IMG/VR virus record: IMGVR_UViG_3300024272_000027
Source: a virus
Taxonomy: Duplodnaviria > Heunggongvirae > Uroviricota > Caudoviricetes
Length of the DNA: 64,000 nucleotides
Direction: 5' to 3' (one strand)
Shown here: positions 45,599 through 56,385 of the stretch, one piece after another
Layout of the letters: each line of letters opens with the position of its first letter
Position numbering within the stretch: position 1 is the first letter of the stretch
Notes under the pieces: model-generated
Told to the model about the DNA's origin: nothing
What the model saw: only the letters and a program-made list of their open reading frames with translations
Databases searched by the model: none
Made by a program: the position numbers and the translations under genes

Positions 45599-46033
45599 CT
45601 AGATTCCAAATAATTGCTTAAACAATGTGTCAAAGCTCGCTAAAGACCTCTCAAATTCTTTCTGAGCTCGGTCACCTGTGTAAGTGGTGCGAAATGCACC
45701 GAATTCTTTATTGAAATTCTGGATAGCTTCTAAGCGTTTAGCTTGAGCAGTTTTAACAATCTGTGTTGCAGGTTCCATAATTTCAGCAATCAATCTTTTT
45801 GTTTCTTCACGCATTTCATCGCAAGTTTTCTTAGCTTCCTCATATGCTTCGTAGGCTGCGTCAAGTTCATTATCAGCAACTTCTACAGCTTTTGCTAACT
45901 CTTTCTTACGACTTGTAATAGCATCTTCTTTAGCTTTTTGTTCAGCTAATTCCTTTTGATACGCCGCTTCTTCACTTTTTAAAGTGTCTACGTCATCAAA
46001 TACTTTTTCTAATACTTCTGAATAAAATTTCAT
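45599..46033 (-). CDS. coiled-coil hypothetical protein
   Basis: ORF track; A/E/K-rich. Confidence 0.45.
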   Translation of the reverse strand: MKFYSEVLEKVFDDVDTLKSEEAAYQKELAEQKAKEDAITSRKKELAKAVEVADNELDAAYEAYEEAKKTCDEMREETKRLIAEIMEPATQIVKTAQAKRLEAIQNFNKEFGAFRTTYTGDRAQKEFERSLASFDTLFKQLFGI

Positions 46034-46116
46034 TTACCTATCTCCTATTCTTTGGGCTTACTCTTTCGAGGCTTACCTCTGATATAATGTTATCTTGCAG
46101 CTTAATTTTATGTTAC

Positions 46117-47346
46117 TTAATTTAATACAATTCTATGTATGTAATCTGCAACGCTTTTTTCTGTTACGAGTATAATATTCTGGGACGCTTTAGATGATAA
46201 TCTCAAATCCTTTGCGTAACTGTCAGTTCCCATTAGAGAACCGTTTGAAACTACAAGTGTTTCGTTCTTTTCGTCGCAACTAAAATGATGTAAGTGTGCA
46301 GTAAGAACCAAATCATAATGATGCTTTGTCATCATTGTTAGATTATCAATCACCTTACCAGGCTTATCTTTATGCCCGTGAACACCAGCAACTGTGTACT
46401 TTCCGTTCATTACTGAGAATGTTATAATATCATCACTGAATTCATTTGTATGAAACATTACGGGTATACTTAAGTTACGGAAGCGTTCTTTTAGATACCA
46501 AGGCACAATACGTACTAGGGATTCAAGGTCTAATGAGTCTGACTTTATAGGCTCAAGTCTGCTATGATTGTCTAAACAATCATAATAGTGGATTGAAGGT
46601 CCATCATTACTTGCAATATCTGAGATAAATTCAGCAAGTATTTCAGAAACCTCTATTGTTTGTGTAATAACATCGCAACGAGATTCAAATCTAATAGTTG
46701 AATGTATTCTGCCTGCTATCAAATCTGATAGGTTTACAATATGTAATTGAACAATATCATACTGATTACAGAAAGCAATAACTTCGTCTCTAAGTTTTGC
46801 TACTCTTTCTTTACAAATATCAGGATTGAATGTGTTCCAGTAATTGTTTACCTCAATGCCAAAATGCCAATCAGATAAGGTTAGAATAGCTTCATTTGTA
46901 GACTCACTAATAGTGAATACACTCGGCTCTGCTAGCATTTTCTTGCTACCAATTTCTTTAGCGGCTTGAGCAGCAATCTCTTTAATTGAATCTTCACGAG
47001 CTAATCTTCGTATATAGGCTCTATTCTGAGTATTGATATCACTTACTTTAATTCGCTCTTTCTGATATTCAACAAGTACATCTTCAACTTCTTGTTTTGC
47101 TTTCTTAACTTCAGCAACTTGTCCATCAACTATTTCTTGTGCTTGAAGTAGCTTATTTATATATTTGTGAGCTTCTCGTCTCCAAGTACTCTCATCTTTC
47201 CATTCCCCTGTTTTACGTCCTATCAAATCAGCAATAATCTGCCAACTTATATGAGTTCCAGAAAACTTTAACCCATATAAGCGTTCACGATACTGTTGAT
47301 TAGATTCGCCTTCCTTTAATTCAAGAAAATCAGCCATCGGTATCAC
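46117..47346 (-). CDS. calcineurin-like metallophosphoesterase (putative)
   Basis: LTLSDWHFG, GVHGHKDKPG and LTAHLHHF blocks resemble metallophosphatase motifs. Confidence 0.4.
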   Translation of the reverse strand: MIPMADFLELKEGESNQQYRERLYGLKFSGTHISWQIIADLIGRKTGEWKDESTWRREAHKYINKLLQAQEIVDGQVAEVKKAKQEVEDVLVEYQKERIKVSDINTQNRAYIRRLAREDSIKEIAAQAAKEIGSKKMLAEPSVFTISESTNEAILTLSDWHFGIEVNNYWNTFNPDICKERVAKLRDEVIAFCNQYDIVQLHIVNLSDLIAGRIHSTIRFESRCDVITQTIEVSEILAEFISDIASNDGPSIHYYDCLDNHSRLEPIKSDSLDLESLVRIVPWYLKERFRNLSIPVMFHTNEFSDDIITFSVMNGKYTVAGVHGHKDKPGKVIDNLTMMTKHHYDLVLTAHLHHFSCDEKNETLVVSNGSLMGTDSYAKDLRLSSKASQNIILVTEKSVADYIHRIVLN

Positions 47347-47836
47347 CTTTACCTTCTGTTACATTTTGGACAACTTCCACCACATTGTCATCCGGATTAG
47401 ATGCCTTTGCTAAAATTGCTTTTATAGCATCTGCAACTCTTTCTTTTGACTCACGGTCAAAAGTATCAATGATATTTACATTAACATTATTCTGTTGTAG
47501 TTGAATGGGTGGTGTCTCATCAACTAAATGTAAATTCTTATTTGCTTTATCAATTGCTGCCTCAGTAACTTGCATATATTTAATCAAGTCATCGTTACTA
47601 AAGTTTTCAGGATATTTATCAAAACGCTCAATAACTTTATCTGTCACCTTATCAAGTAAACCATTCATTTTGATTACTCGCATAACATTACGTTTCTGAG
47701 CATTCAAGTTAAACAATGCAGTTAAATCTTTTACTCTTTCAACATCTTGTTCGTCAAGTATTTGTTGAGCAATACGTAACGTACTAGTATCAAGTGGCTC
47801 TAGATTTAACGGCTGTACATTTGTTAATTCATCCAT
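47330..47836 (-). CDS. hypothetical protein
   Basis: ORF track. Confidence 0.45.
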   Translation of the reverse strand: MDELTNVQPLNLEPLDTSTLRIAQQILDEQDVERVKDLTALFNLNAQKRNVMRVIKMNGLLDKVTDKVIERFDKYPENFSNDDLIKYMQVTEAAIDKANKNLHLVDETPPIQLQQNNVNVNIIDTFDRESKERVADAIKAILAKASNPDDNVVEVVQNVTEGKGDTDG

Positions 47837-48165
47837 TAAAACAAATCCTTATATGTGTTTGTTATTCGTCGGCCTAATGCGGCATCAATTTCAAGAAGTA
47901 GTGGACTCTGTTTTGATTTATATGTTGTCTCAACAGCTGAACTTAACTTCTTTGATGGAACGAACTTATACTGAATTGTATCTTCAATATTAGTTATATA
48001 AAGTTCACCTATTCCAACATCAACAACAGTAACTTTTTCTTTGTCTTTTATTGATTCAAAAACATCGTGACTGATTATAGCTACTGATTTATTAACAAGT
48101 TCATCAAGATTATACTTACCTATTGTAGTTAATGTTGAAATATCTTCAATAAGATTTTTCATCAT
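47836..48165 (-). CDS. hypothetical protein
   Basis: ORF track. Confidence 0.45.
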   Translation of the reverse strand: MMKNLIEDISTLTTIGKYNLDELVNKSVAIISHDVFESIKDKEKVTVVDVGIGELYITNIEDTIQYKFVPSKKLSSAVETTYKSKQSPLLLEIDAALGRRITNTYKDLF

Positions 48166-48365
48166 TTTCCTCGATTTAGTTTTTTCAGTATGGTCAACTC
48201 ATTCTTACTATCTAAGTATTCACAACTCTTTTCAAGTGCATTTTCATATACTTCTAATGCATCATTCAATCGTTTCTGTACACATTGAGCTAACAATTCA
48301 CTTCGTGAACCCTTATAACTTTGGAGTTCATCTAATATGTTATACAATTTATCCTTATACAACAT
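48162..48365 (-). CDS. hypothetical protein
   Basis: ORF track. Confidence 0.4.
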   Translation of the reverse strand: MLYKDKLYNILDELQSYKGSRSELLAQCVQKRLNDALEVYENALEKSCEYLDSKNELTILKKLNRGK

Positions 48366-48366
48366 A

Positions 48367-48744
48367 CTAGTTTCTCCCTGAATTAAAGTTATAATTCTTA
48401 AGTAGTTCTCTTACGATTTTATAGTTACGAACCAATATATCAGAATCTGTGCCTTTAGCAACTAATTTTTTAACTGCTAAATCATAGTCTTGATGTTCTA
48501 TATCTACTTGCTGAAATAAGAGTAAAGCAGTTAAGAAAGATTCAAGCTCCTCTACTGTGGGTATACTTATTGTTTGACCGCCGTAGTATTGACATAATCT
48601 AAGTAAATTATCTTTATCAACTATGTATGCTAACTGGCTTAAGGCAGCATATTCTGGCGCTTCATTCACTTTGTACATCGCAAACAACATCAAACTGTAT
48701 ATATCAGCTTTACTTAATTGTTCAAGTTCTGTTTTTATATTCAT
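48367..48744 (-). CDS. hypothetical protein
   Basis: ORF track. Confidence 0.45.
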   Translation of the reverse strand: MNIKTELEQLSKADIYSLMLFAMYKVNEAPEYAALSQLAYIVDKDNLLRLCQYYGGQTISIPTVEELESFLTALLLFQQVDIEHQDYDLAVKKLVAKGTDSDILVRNYKIVRELLKNYNFNSGRN

Positions 48745-49558
48745 TATGCGTTACCTCAATCAATTCAAAATCGTTACTCACTGGAGTATGTAATATATCT
48801 GATAAATCTCTGGCTACAATTGTTTGTAACTGTCGTGATAATACTGTTATATATGGACCTAACGACTTAGGTATGTGGAATAGTATTGGTGGTGAATTAC
48901 GAGACGCAGCGTGGAAATCATTTATATGTGACTCCTTTAATCTAGCGGTTGACTCCAAGTGATTTATTCTATCAATATGCTTATTGCTAAGTGTTACGTA
49001 GTTTAGAAAAGTTAACATTACACTTGCATATATGTTATACCACATACTGCTATCTTTAGTGTACGGTATTGTGGACAAGAAATGTTTACACGTATTACTA
49101 ATATCGTTGAGAGTCATACCAAAATCACAGAAACTAAGCTTATCAATAGCGTGTGTTATAATTTGATTATATGTATATTGATTTATTTCTATATCATCAG
49201 TTGTCACTATAGTTTGAGCATATTCTTCTTGCTCAAAATCCACTTTCAACGGGTATAGGATGTTCTTGATGTAATTCAATACACTTTTTATCTTATCCAT
49301 CTTAACGGTGCCATCGGGTTTTAATTCAAATTGTTTTTTATTTGTTAATCGGAAGTAAACTCTTGATGCACCAAATATCGCAAAACTGTCATAATACTTA
49401 TGCTTATTAAATAGCTGCGACTGTTTCGCTAACATAAATATTATATGATATAAGTACTCATAAACGGTGTTAACGTCGTACTTATCGGTATATATGTTAT
49501 TATCAATATAGATGCACATATCAGTATATGTTACATCTTTCGGTCTCATAAAAGTCAT
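48722..49558 (-). CDS. hypothetical protein (candidate late-transcription factor, by gp55-like position only)
   Basis: Sits immediately downstream of the SbcC/SbcD (gp46/47-like) pair as gene 55 does in T4; no motif support. Confidence 0.3.
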   Translation of the reverse strand: MTFMRPKDVTYTDMCIYIDNNIYTDKYDVNTVYEYLYHIIFMLAKQSQLFNKHKYYDSFAIFGASRVYFRLTNKKQFELKPDGTVKMDKIKSVLNYIKNILYPLKVDFEQEEYAQTIVTTDDIEINQYTYNQIITHAIDKLSFCDFGMTLNDISNTCKHFLSTIPYTKDSSMWYNIYASVMLTFLNYVTLSNKHIDRINHLESTARLKESHINDFHAASRNSPPILFHIPKSLGPYITVLSRQLQTIVARDLSDILHTPVSNDFELIEVTHNEYKNRT

Positions 49559-51426
49559 TGTAAGTAACTAACTCCACTTGCATCTTTTACAATAGTAAGT
49601 TCTGCATCACAAGGAATATTCAGGTATGAGTTGTGATGCGTTATAATATAAATACTGCTAATGTCAACTAACTTTTCAGATATCAAATCAATAACTTTAC
49701 TGCAACCAATATCATCAAGATTGTCAAATATCTCATCCAATACTATTAGATTTGTTGAAAATCCTGTGTGACTGCATAACATCTCTCGGATTGAGAACTG
49801 GACAATCAAATCCACTTTTTGCCGTTCGCCACCTGATAAAGCTTCATACTCTTTACCTGCATACGATATTGATATGTTGTTACCATCAAGTGTAAATTCA
49901 ATTAAATCAGTTTCAAATATTGATTGTGAATACTTCTTAGCGGTCTCGTTAATAAACGTGATAACATTACTTAACAAGTGGCCTCGGAAGTCACGAGTTA
50001 CAGCTGTATTAAATTTACTTATAATATCAAGTCTTGCTTGATAATCAGCTTTTAAAGCAGTATTTGATTTAATCTCTGTTTCATATAGTTTAATATTGTT
50101 TTCGCCTACTTCGATATCATTACGAACTTTCCGCAACGCTTCCGAATGATTCTCTTTACGAACAGTTAACCTTTCGATTTCAGCATCAAGTTCTCTGATA
50201 CGATATTGAAGCTGGACATTCATACCATAGACATCATTCATTGAACCCTTTAATCGTTTGATTTGATTTGTATACTCATTTTCTCTATCATCAAATCCCT
50301 TTGATATAGCTGTTTGAGCAAGAGTAAAATCATTTCTAACTGACTGTTGTAATTCTCCGATACGTAATATTTCTGCATTATAATTGTTTATACTGTTTTC
50401 AAGTTCAGTTGTATCAGGTTTTTGTACGTTAGGTAACTTTTGCCCACAAGTAGGACAAGTATCAGTGATACTCTTTAGACGATTAAATTCTGCACGAGCC
50501 GTATTTAATTTCAGTTGAATATCAGAAACTTGTTCTTTCAATTCATCTAGTTTAGGGTCATACTCTTTACGAACATTATCTAAAGCTCTATATTTCTCCT
50601 CTGTCAAGCCACGTTTTAATTCAACAATAGCATCGTGTTCTGTTTGTAATGTGTCATATTCCGCTGCATTCTTTTCAGCACTTTCTTGGTGACTTTTGCG
50701 AGCTGTTTGAGCTGATAGTATTTGCTCATCAAATGATGTCTGATGCTGTAAATCTAACAACTCTGCCTTAGCTTTACCTACCGCTTCAATAGCTAATGAC
50801 AGTTTTGTGTTGTTTTGTAATATATTATCTTCAGCAGTTCTTAAGAGTGCTGTTAGGTCTGATTTACGTTGATTGATTCTATCTTTTAAGTCCTGAATCA
50901 TAAAATCAGATTTACACAGTTTCTCTAGTACATCTTTACGTCCAGATGGGGAGTTGTGTGTAAATCTGTTCGGAAGCCCTTGTCCAAGAATTATCACAGA
51001 GCCAATCAATGATGGAGTTAAATCAGGTAAATATTCAGCAAGTAGTTTTTCACTATCTCGTATGCCTTTTCCGGATTTATCTTGTCCGTCAATCATAATC
51101 TTAAGATTAGTTTTATGCACGCTGTGTTCTTTTGAACGCAACAGTGTGTATGATTTACCATCGCAATCAAATTCCAATGTAACAGCAGTTCCACCTGTGG
51201 TGTTCTGATTAACAATATTTTTATTACCACGCATTGTGTCACCGGTTAAACACCAAACAATAGCTTCAAATATTGAGCTCTTACCCGAGCCATTACTTTT
51301 AGCTAAATCATCAGGATTATTATTGATACCTGATACTAAAGTGTATCCTGCATCATCAAGTATTACAGTAGCGTTGCCAAGGGACATAAAATTCTCGATT
51401 TCAATTTTTCTAAATAAGATTTTCAT
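49555..51426 (-). CDS. SbcC / Rad50-like ATPase (T4 gp46-like recombination nuclease subunit)
   Basis: N-terminal Walker A NGSGKSS, long central coiled coil with CPTCGQ zinc hook, C-terminal signature/Walker B LSGGERQK...LIVLDEIF. Confidence 0.7.
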   Translation of the reverse strand: MKILFRKIEIENFMSLGNATVILDDAGYTLVSGINNNPDDLAKSNGSGKSSIFEAIVWCLTGDTMRGNKNIVNQNTTGGTAVTLEFDCDGKSYTLLRSKEHSVHKTNLKIMIDGQDKSGKGIRDSEKLLAEYLPDLTPSLIGSVIILGQGLPNRFTHNSPSGRKDVLEKLCKSDFMIQDLKDRINQRKSDLTALLRTAEDNILQNNTKLSLAIEAVGKAKAELLDLQHQTSFDEQILSAQTARKSHQESAEKNAAEYDTLQTEHDAIVELKRGLTEEKYRALDNVRKEYDPKLDELKEQVSDIQLKLNTARAEFNRLKSITDTCPTCGQKLPNVQKPDTTELENSINNYNAEILRIGELQQSVRNDFTLAQTAISKGFDDRENEYTNQIKRLKGSMNDVYGMNVQLQYRIRELDAEIERLTVRKENHSEALRKVRNDIEVGENNIKLYETEIKSNTALKADYQARLDIISKFNTAVTRDFRGHLLSNVITFINETAKKYSQSIFETDLIEFTLDGNNISISYAGKEYEALSGGERQKVDLIVQFSIREMLCSHTGFSTNLIVLDEIFDNLDDIGCSKVIDLISEKLVDISSIYIITHHNSYLNIPCDAELTIVKDASGVSYLQ

Positions 51427-52481
51427 ATTCCAGCTACCTTTCTTAATTCATCAAGAACCTGTTCTGACTCTCCCAATTCAGCAGTCATATAAGATACAAA
51501 CTGTGATAAGTGGTCAACAGAAAAGTCCGTCACAGTTTCTGAAACAGTGTTCTGTATGTCACGCATCATATCAACAATAACTCGTGATTCAATAATATTC
51601 GGATTATCTTTGATGCTTTGTCGTACAATAGATTCATTCTTTTTACAAGTTTTAACAGTTACAATAGCTGTGCCTGTAGTTCCAAACTTAAAAATATCTG
51701 GTATTGTCATATCTGTATCAGTAAGTGGTTCATAACCTACAAGTGATAGTTTATAGAAATTGAATGCATACGGATTTTCAATAAATTCAACACCGAAAGT
51801 ATCTGTATCAATCAACAAAGCATAGTGTCTGTAGTAGTTTGCATCTTCGCTAAAGTTTTGCCCTGTTATATTGCCTAAGTTAATTATTTTAGTGCCTACG
51901 TGAGATGTGTTATGGATATGTCCATTAACAAACAATCTACAGTTCCTCTCGATTTCTTCAATTGAAAATCCTTCTGTGGATTTAAATCGTCCCATCTGTA
52001 TATCTTTGATGTCATTATGCGAAAATATGATACGGTCTTTTGTTGTAGGCACTAGATATTCTTCTAGAGGCTTTCTATCACTTTCAAGTACATAAGGCAA
52101 GAAGCATAACTGAACATTTTCACAGTTATATATTCCAACAGAATCTGCAACTTCGAAATTCTGCGATAGACCGAATAAATGAGCAGTACTCATCTTTACA
52201 TCACTTCTAGCCATTTCGTGATTACCAACAATATATGTATGCATAATATCAGTCCAACGAATTTCCTCTAAAGCTGTAATTTCCTCACCCGTTAACTCTG
52301 CCCTATCAAAAAAGTCACCTAAACAAATTATCCGTTCACAGTAATTGTTAACGGCGGTGTCTTCAATCCAATTCATTGTTTGTATTAGATTTTCAAGTCG
52401 CGTTGAATATTTATTACCGCGACTACGTACAATTGACGAATACGCACACCAATGAGGGTCACCATAAACTAGTATTTTCAT
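51423..52481 (-). CDS. SbcD / Mre11-like nuclease (T4 gp47-like)
   Basis: Metallophosphoesterase motifs YGDPHW, LGDFFD, VGNHE, GHIH. Confidence 0.7.
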   Translation of the reverse strand: MKILVYGDPHWCAYSSIVRSRGNKYSTRLENLIQTMNWIEDTAVNNYCERIICLGDFFDRAELTGEEITALEEIRWTDIMHTYIVGNHEMARSDVKMSTAHLFGLSQNFEVADSVGIYNCENVQLCFLPYVLESDRKPLEEYLVPTTKDRIIFSHNDIKDIQMGRFKSTEGFSIEEIERNCRLFVNGHIHNTSHVGTKIINLGNITGQNFSEDANYYRHYALLIDTDTFGVEFIENPYAFNFYKLSLVGYEPLTDTDMTIPDIFKFGTTGTAIVTVKTCKKNESIVRQSIKDNPNIIESRVIVDMMRDIQNTVSETVTDFSVDHLSQFVSYMTAELGESEQVLDELRKVAGI

Positions 52482-52491
52482 TGTTACCTCC

Positions 52492-53406
52492 CTAGTATGT
52501 TAATACTCTACATACAACATAATCAATCAGCCACTTTGTGTCAATGTTGCCTGTCTTTAACTGTTTATCAATATCATTGAGTAATTGAAATGCTTTTAAT
52601 AACTGCTGTTTATCATACACTCGTGGCTGTTTACTTAAAGCGTATATGACGTTTGATTTTAGTCCAGTACTCTCAGGTGTTGCCTGTTTAGCTAACCATA
52701 CCTGTATCAATTTTCTAAAGCCTTGATATAATAATGTAATAACCCCTAACGGTTCAGCATCAAAACTTTTTATTTCTTTCAATGCATTCGTCAGCATTGC
52801 ATAATCTTTACTTGTCACTGCGTTTGTTATGTTAAATACATTAAAGCTTGATAAGTCACTAAACGCACCTTCGTGTAACATATCATTAAACAGATATTTT
52901 TGCTCATTCTTTTCAAACAGACGAAACTTATCAAGTTCATTTTCAATTCGGTAAATGTCGTTATTACACGAAGTCATCAACCAATCAAGCGATTTATGAG
53001 GAACACCTTCTGCAACTGAATATAAGTAATCTTGTAGTTGCCAGCCCTCAAGTTTAGGTATATAGATTATATATTCATCAAATAATGCTAAAGTGTCTTT
53101 ATCTTTAAGTTTATTTACAACAATATAAAGATTAGTTTCATACTTTAACTTCTCTGAAAGTTTTTCAATTTCTTTTGTTTTGTATACCCTAATTCCATCG
53201 TCAACTTCTGATAACCCGAATATATCATTCACATTTCCTGCAATATTATCAATTGACTCAAGATACTGTACACTTTTATTTCGTATGCGACTAATTTCGC
53301 GTATATACTGGTCAGCTACAAACGGCTCGTCCTCATATACGAATATAACCATTTGCTCACTTACGCTGCCTTGCTCAATCGAGTTTTTAAACTGTTCTAA
53401 GTTCAT
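52492..53406 (-). CDS. putative clamp-loader delta-like subunit / hypothetical
   Basis: Position immediately downstream of two AAA+ clamp-loader genes; no motifs. Confidence 0.3.
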   Translation of the reverse strand: MNLEQFKNSIEQGSVSEQMVIFVYEDEPFVADQYIREISRIRNKSVQYLESIDNIAGNVNDIFGLSEVDDGIRVYKTKEIEKLSEKLKYETNLYIVVNKLKDKDTLALFDEYIIYIPKLEGWQLQDYLYSVAEGVPHKSLDWLMTSCNNDIYRIENELDKFRLFEKNEQKYLFNDMLHEGAFSDLSSFNVFNITNAVTSKDYAMLTNALKEIKSFDAEPLGVITLLYQGFRKLIQVWLAKQATPESTGLKSNVIYALSKQPRVYDKQQLLKAFQLLNDIDKQLKTGNIDTKWLIDYVVCRVLTY

Positions 53407-54275
53407 TATATACCTCTTTCAAAAAGCTGTTTTAGCTCGATTAAATAGTGCTCAAATAAGTGCTGTTTATTTATATGCGGTATATAACAATCATTATAAA
53501 AATCAGCAGTTAAACTAAACGCACTGTATGGAATCTTACCCTCTGCATACATATCAGTAGCTTTATTTACTAACAAGTAAATAAAGACATTAAATTCATA
53601 TAAATCAGACTCATCTTTAAATGCAATCTTATTTGGAATTGTCAGTATGTTTGAATAGTTTGCTACACCAATCTGCAAGAATATTTTTTCAATAAAAGTA
53701 AGCATAGCTTCAATTGAATGCTGGTGAAACTGCACAATCCTGCCAGGGGTACGGGCATACTTTTCAGTGGAAGTTAAACACCAATTATACTTGCCCTCGT
53801 ATACAAATTGTTCTAACTCTGCATCTGTATACTGCTCAAACGACAAACAAACACATCTATTAACAACTGTATTCAATAGTTTGTTCTTGTTTTCAACAAG
53901 GAGCACTATGTATGAGTTCTTTAGTGGCTCTTCAAGAAATTTTAAGATAACATTCTGCTCTTTTATTGAAATACGTGATGCATCAATTACATATACTCGA
54001 GGAATCGGGCTTAACATAATCTGTTCAATTGTTTCTAAATTCAAAGTAGCTGTAATATCCTGTACTTCTACTTTTAGCTTAGCCCCCACTTCTTGTGCAA
54101 GAGTATGTTTACCACATCCCCACTCACCTTCAAATAACAAAGTTCGTGGTAAAGTTTCAGATGATATGTAAGCATCAATCTGTGCTAAAAGTTTCTCTTG
54201 CCCTATCATTAGACTACTCCCATCTTGAAATATGTAAAAATGTTGCCTCAACTGTTGTTCTGATTGAGGTGTCAT
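53406..54275 (-). CDS. AAA+ clamp-loader small subunit (delta-prime-like)
   Basis: Walker A GEWGCGKHT; overlaps the upstream DnaX-like gene. Confidence 0.5.
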   Translation of the reverse strand: MTPQSEQQLRQHFYIFQDGSSLMIGQEKLLAQIDAYISSETLPRTLLFEGEWGCGKHTLAQEVGAKLKVEVQDITATLNLETIEQIMLSPIPRVYVIDASRISIKEQNVILKFLEEPLKNSYIVLLVENKNKLLNTVVNRCVCLSFEQYTDAELEQFVYEGKYNWCLTSTEKYARTPGRIVQFHQHSIEAMLTFIEKIFLQIGVANYSNILTIPNKIAFKDESDLYEFNVFIYLLVNKATDMYAEGKIPYSAFSLTADFYNDCYIPHINKQHLFEHYLIELKQLFERGI

Positions 54276-55233
54276 TCTTTATCTTATTCTTTAATTCCAA
54301 CAATTTATCAACAATATACATATAATATTTTTCAGGTGTCTCAAAGTTTGTACTTAACTTAAGTTTCTCTTCAAGACTTGAGGGAATACCAATTAAATCA
54401 GTTGACTTGAATAAACAATACTTTGTAACATCTAAACAGAAGTTGAAAAATGAATCTACAAAGAGTTTCAAATCATTACCTTTGTGATAAACTTCAGATA
54501 CAATCTTTGAAACTTCAGCTGTGTTACTATCAATAATGGCATTCACAAGATGGAAGAACATATCATAAGAATAAGCACCCAAAGCTTCAAGAGTGTTTTC
54601 AATTGATATATCAGTACTCAATGATGCAACTTTTTCAAGAGTTGCAATAGCATCACGAGCTCCACCATCACTAATCTTTGCGATATAATCAATACTTTCT
54701 TCGTAGTTAGTGAAGCCTTCTTTCTGACAGATATAGTTAAGTCTCTCTCTAATCTTGTCAGTGCTGATTTTACTTAGATTATATCTCTGACATCTGTTCA
54801 CAATAGTAGCAGGAATCTTCTGTGGGTCAGTTGTGCAAAACATAAAGATTGTAAATTCAGGAGGTTCCTCAATACATTTAAGGAACGCTTGCCAAGCTTG
54901 ATTACTTAAAGCGTGACACTCGTCAATGATATAAATCTTATATTTACTGCTGATAGAGCGCTCCTGTGCGCCTTTAATAATAGCCCTTACATTATCAACA
55001 CCGTTGTTGGATGCGGCGTCGAGTTCTTCAAGCCCTGCCAAACTTCCGTTTATCTTTGACGCCATAATACGTGCAATTGTTGTTTTACCACAACCAGAAG
55101 GGCCTGTAAACAGATATGTATGTTTATACTCTTGTTTTTGAGCTTGTCGCTCTAGAATTTTAATTATAGATGACTGACCAACACAATCGGTAAACTCACG
55201 TGGTCTGTATCTAACTGCTAGTGACTCAGCCAT
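54214..55233 (-). CDS. clamp-loader ATPase (DnaX / gp44 / RFC-like)
   Basis: RYRPREFTDCVGQ...YLFTGPSGCGKTT...IIDECH (Walker A, DExx box), SRC-like region. Confidence 0.65.
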   Translation of the reverse strand: MAESLAVRYRPREFTDCVGQSSIIKILERQAQKQEYKHTYLFTGPSGCGKTTIARIMASKINGSLAGLEELDAASNNGVDNVRAIIKGAQERSISSKYKIYIIDECHALSNQAWQAFLKCIEEPPEFTIFMFCTTDPQKIPATIVNRCQRYNLSKISTDKIRERLNYICQKEGFTNYEESIDYIAKISDGGARDAIATLEKVASLSTDISIENTLEALGAYSYDMFFHLVNAIIDSNTAEVSKIVSEVYHKGNDLKLFVDSFFNFCLDVTKYCLFKSTDLIGIPSSLEEKLKLSTNFETPEKYYMYIVDKLLELKNKIKNDTSIRTTVEATFLHISRWE

Positions 55234-55306
55234 TAGTTATCTCCTTAAAGTTTTATCATAAATATTATAAGTGGTATCAGCCGATAAATCAACTAATACC
55301 ACTTTC

Positions 55307-55681
55307 TTATAACTGTGCTATGATAGTTACGCTTTCAATCGGCAACCACAATCCATTATACACATCATCCAATGTACACTGTGATACATAATCATACCCC
55401 TGAGCGTTCACTTTAACCATTTTACCAAATAGCTGTGTAACATACACCATCAAACAAGTGCTTTTCGGAACTACTCCTTGATTCCAGTTTGCAGACAGAT
55501 TATAATTAGCAGGCTCATTTACGATATAATCAGGCAATCCTACTAAGTATCGACCTGCTACTTGAAATGTTATTTGAGGTTCGGGTTGATATTTCGGTAT
55601 ACGGATGACTTTTGTAGTATCGTCAATCGGAGGTAGAGGAGCTCTTATCTTTTCAAGTTCACGTTCGATTACTGGATTCAT
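55307..55681 (-). CDS. hypothetical protein
   Basis: ORF track. Confidence 0.45.
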   Translation of the reverse strand: MNPVIERELEKIRAPLPPIDDTTKVIRIPKYQPEPQITFQVAGRYLVGLPDYIVNEPANYNLSANWNQGVVPKSTCLMVYVTQLFGKMVKVNAQGYDYVSQCTLDDVYNGLWLPIESVTIIAQL

Positions 55682-56325
55682 TCTGATTCTCGCTCATCTA
55701 CATAACAACTTATCATATCCGCAATGTAAAGCATCAATGCTAATGAATATTGATTAAATACTTCACCGATATTATCTTTAGCACTATCCCACGCCATACT
55801 TCCCATATGATGTAGAATGGCTACACTTTCATCAAGTGTTAACGGAATAAACTGACGGGCAATATATTCAGAAGTTGATTCGTGTGAACCAAATACAAAT
55901 TTACGCTCTTTTGTTTTCCACTCCAGAGAGGGAACCCACTTAAAATGCCCCATCTCATCATACAACTTTGATTCAGAAGCATCACAATAAACTTTGTTAT
56001 TCTTGACATACTGCTCATAAGTATTCATCTTACTAATATCGTGAAGTAATGCGACAATTTTAAGTGAATCATCATCGTAACAGCTTTCATCTAACCCTGG
56101 CTTATTCTTAATAAGCTCATATAAGTTGTGGTATACATTCAATGAATGTTCACATAAACCTCCTGCATAAGCTCCGTGAAATTTTGTTGATGCAGGGGCA
56201 TAGAAAAAGTCTGAGTTCTGTAACTTAGCTATAAGTTTTTCAATATCTGCACCTTCGCGCTTAATTGAAGATATTAAGTTAATAAACTCGTCTTTATTAT
56301 TTTCAATTTGGTGTTGTTCTAACAT
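55678..56325 (-). CDS. HD-domain phosphohydrolase
   Basis: HGAYAGGL...LLHDISK H...HD motif. Confidence 0.6.
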   Translation of the reverse strand: MLEQHQIENNKDEFINLISSIKREGADIEKLIAKLQNSDFFYAPASTKFHGAYAGGLCEHSLNVYHNLYELIKNKPGLDESCYDDDSLKIVALLHDISKMNTYEQYVKNNKVYCDASESKLYDEMGHFKWVPSLEWKTKERKFVFGSHESTSEYIARQFIPLTLDESVAILHHMGSMAWDSAKDNIGEVFNQYSLALMLYIADMISCYVDERESE

Positions 56326-56344
56326 TTTATATCTCCTATAAAAA

Positions 56345-56385
56345 ATAAAGCTGACAAGATGTTACTTGCCAGCTAAGATATGTAA
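56345..56385 (-). terminator. intrinsic terminator (AGCTGGCAAG...CTTGTCAGCT followed by a U-run on the minus strand)
   Basis: Hairpin then TTATTTTTTAT downstream of the 56386..56736 gene. Confidence 0.45.
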
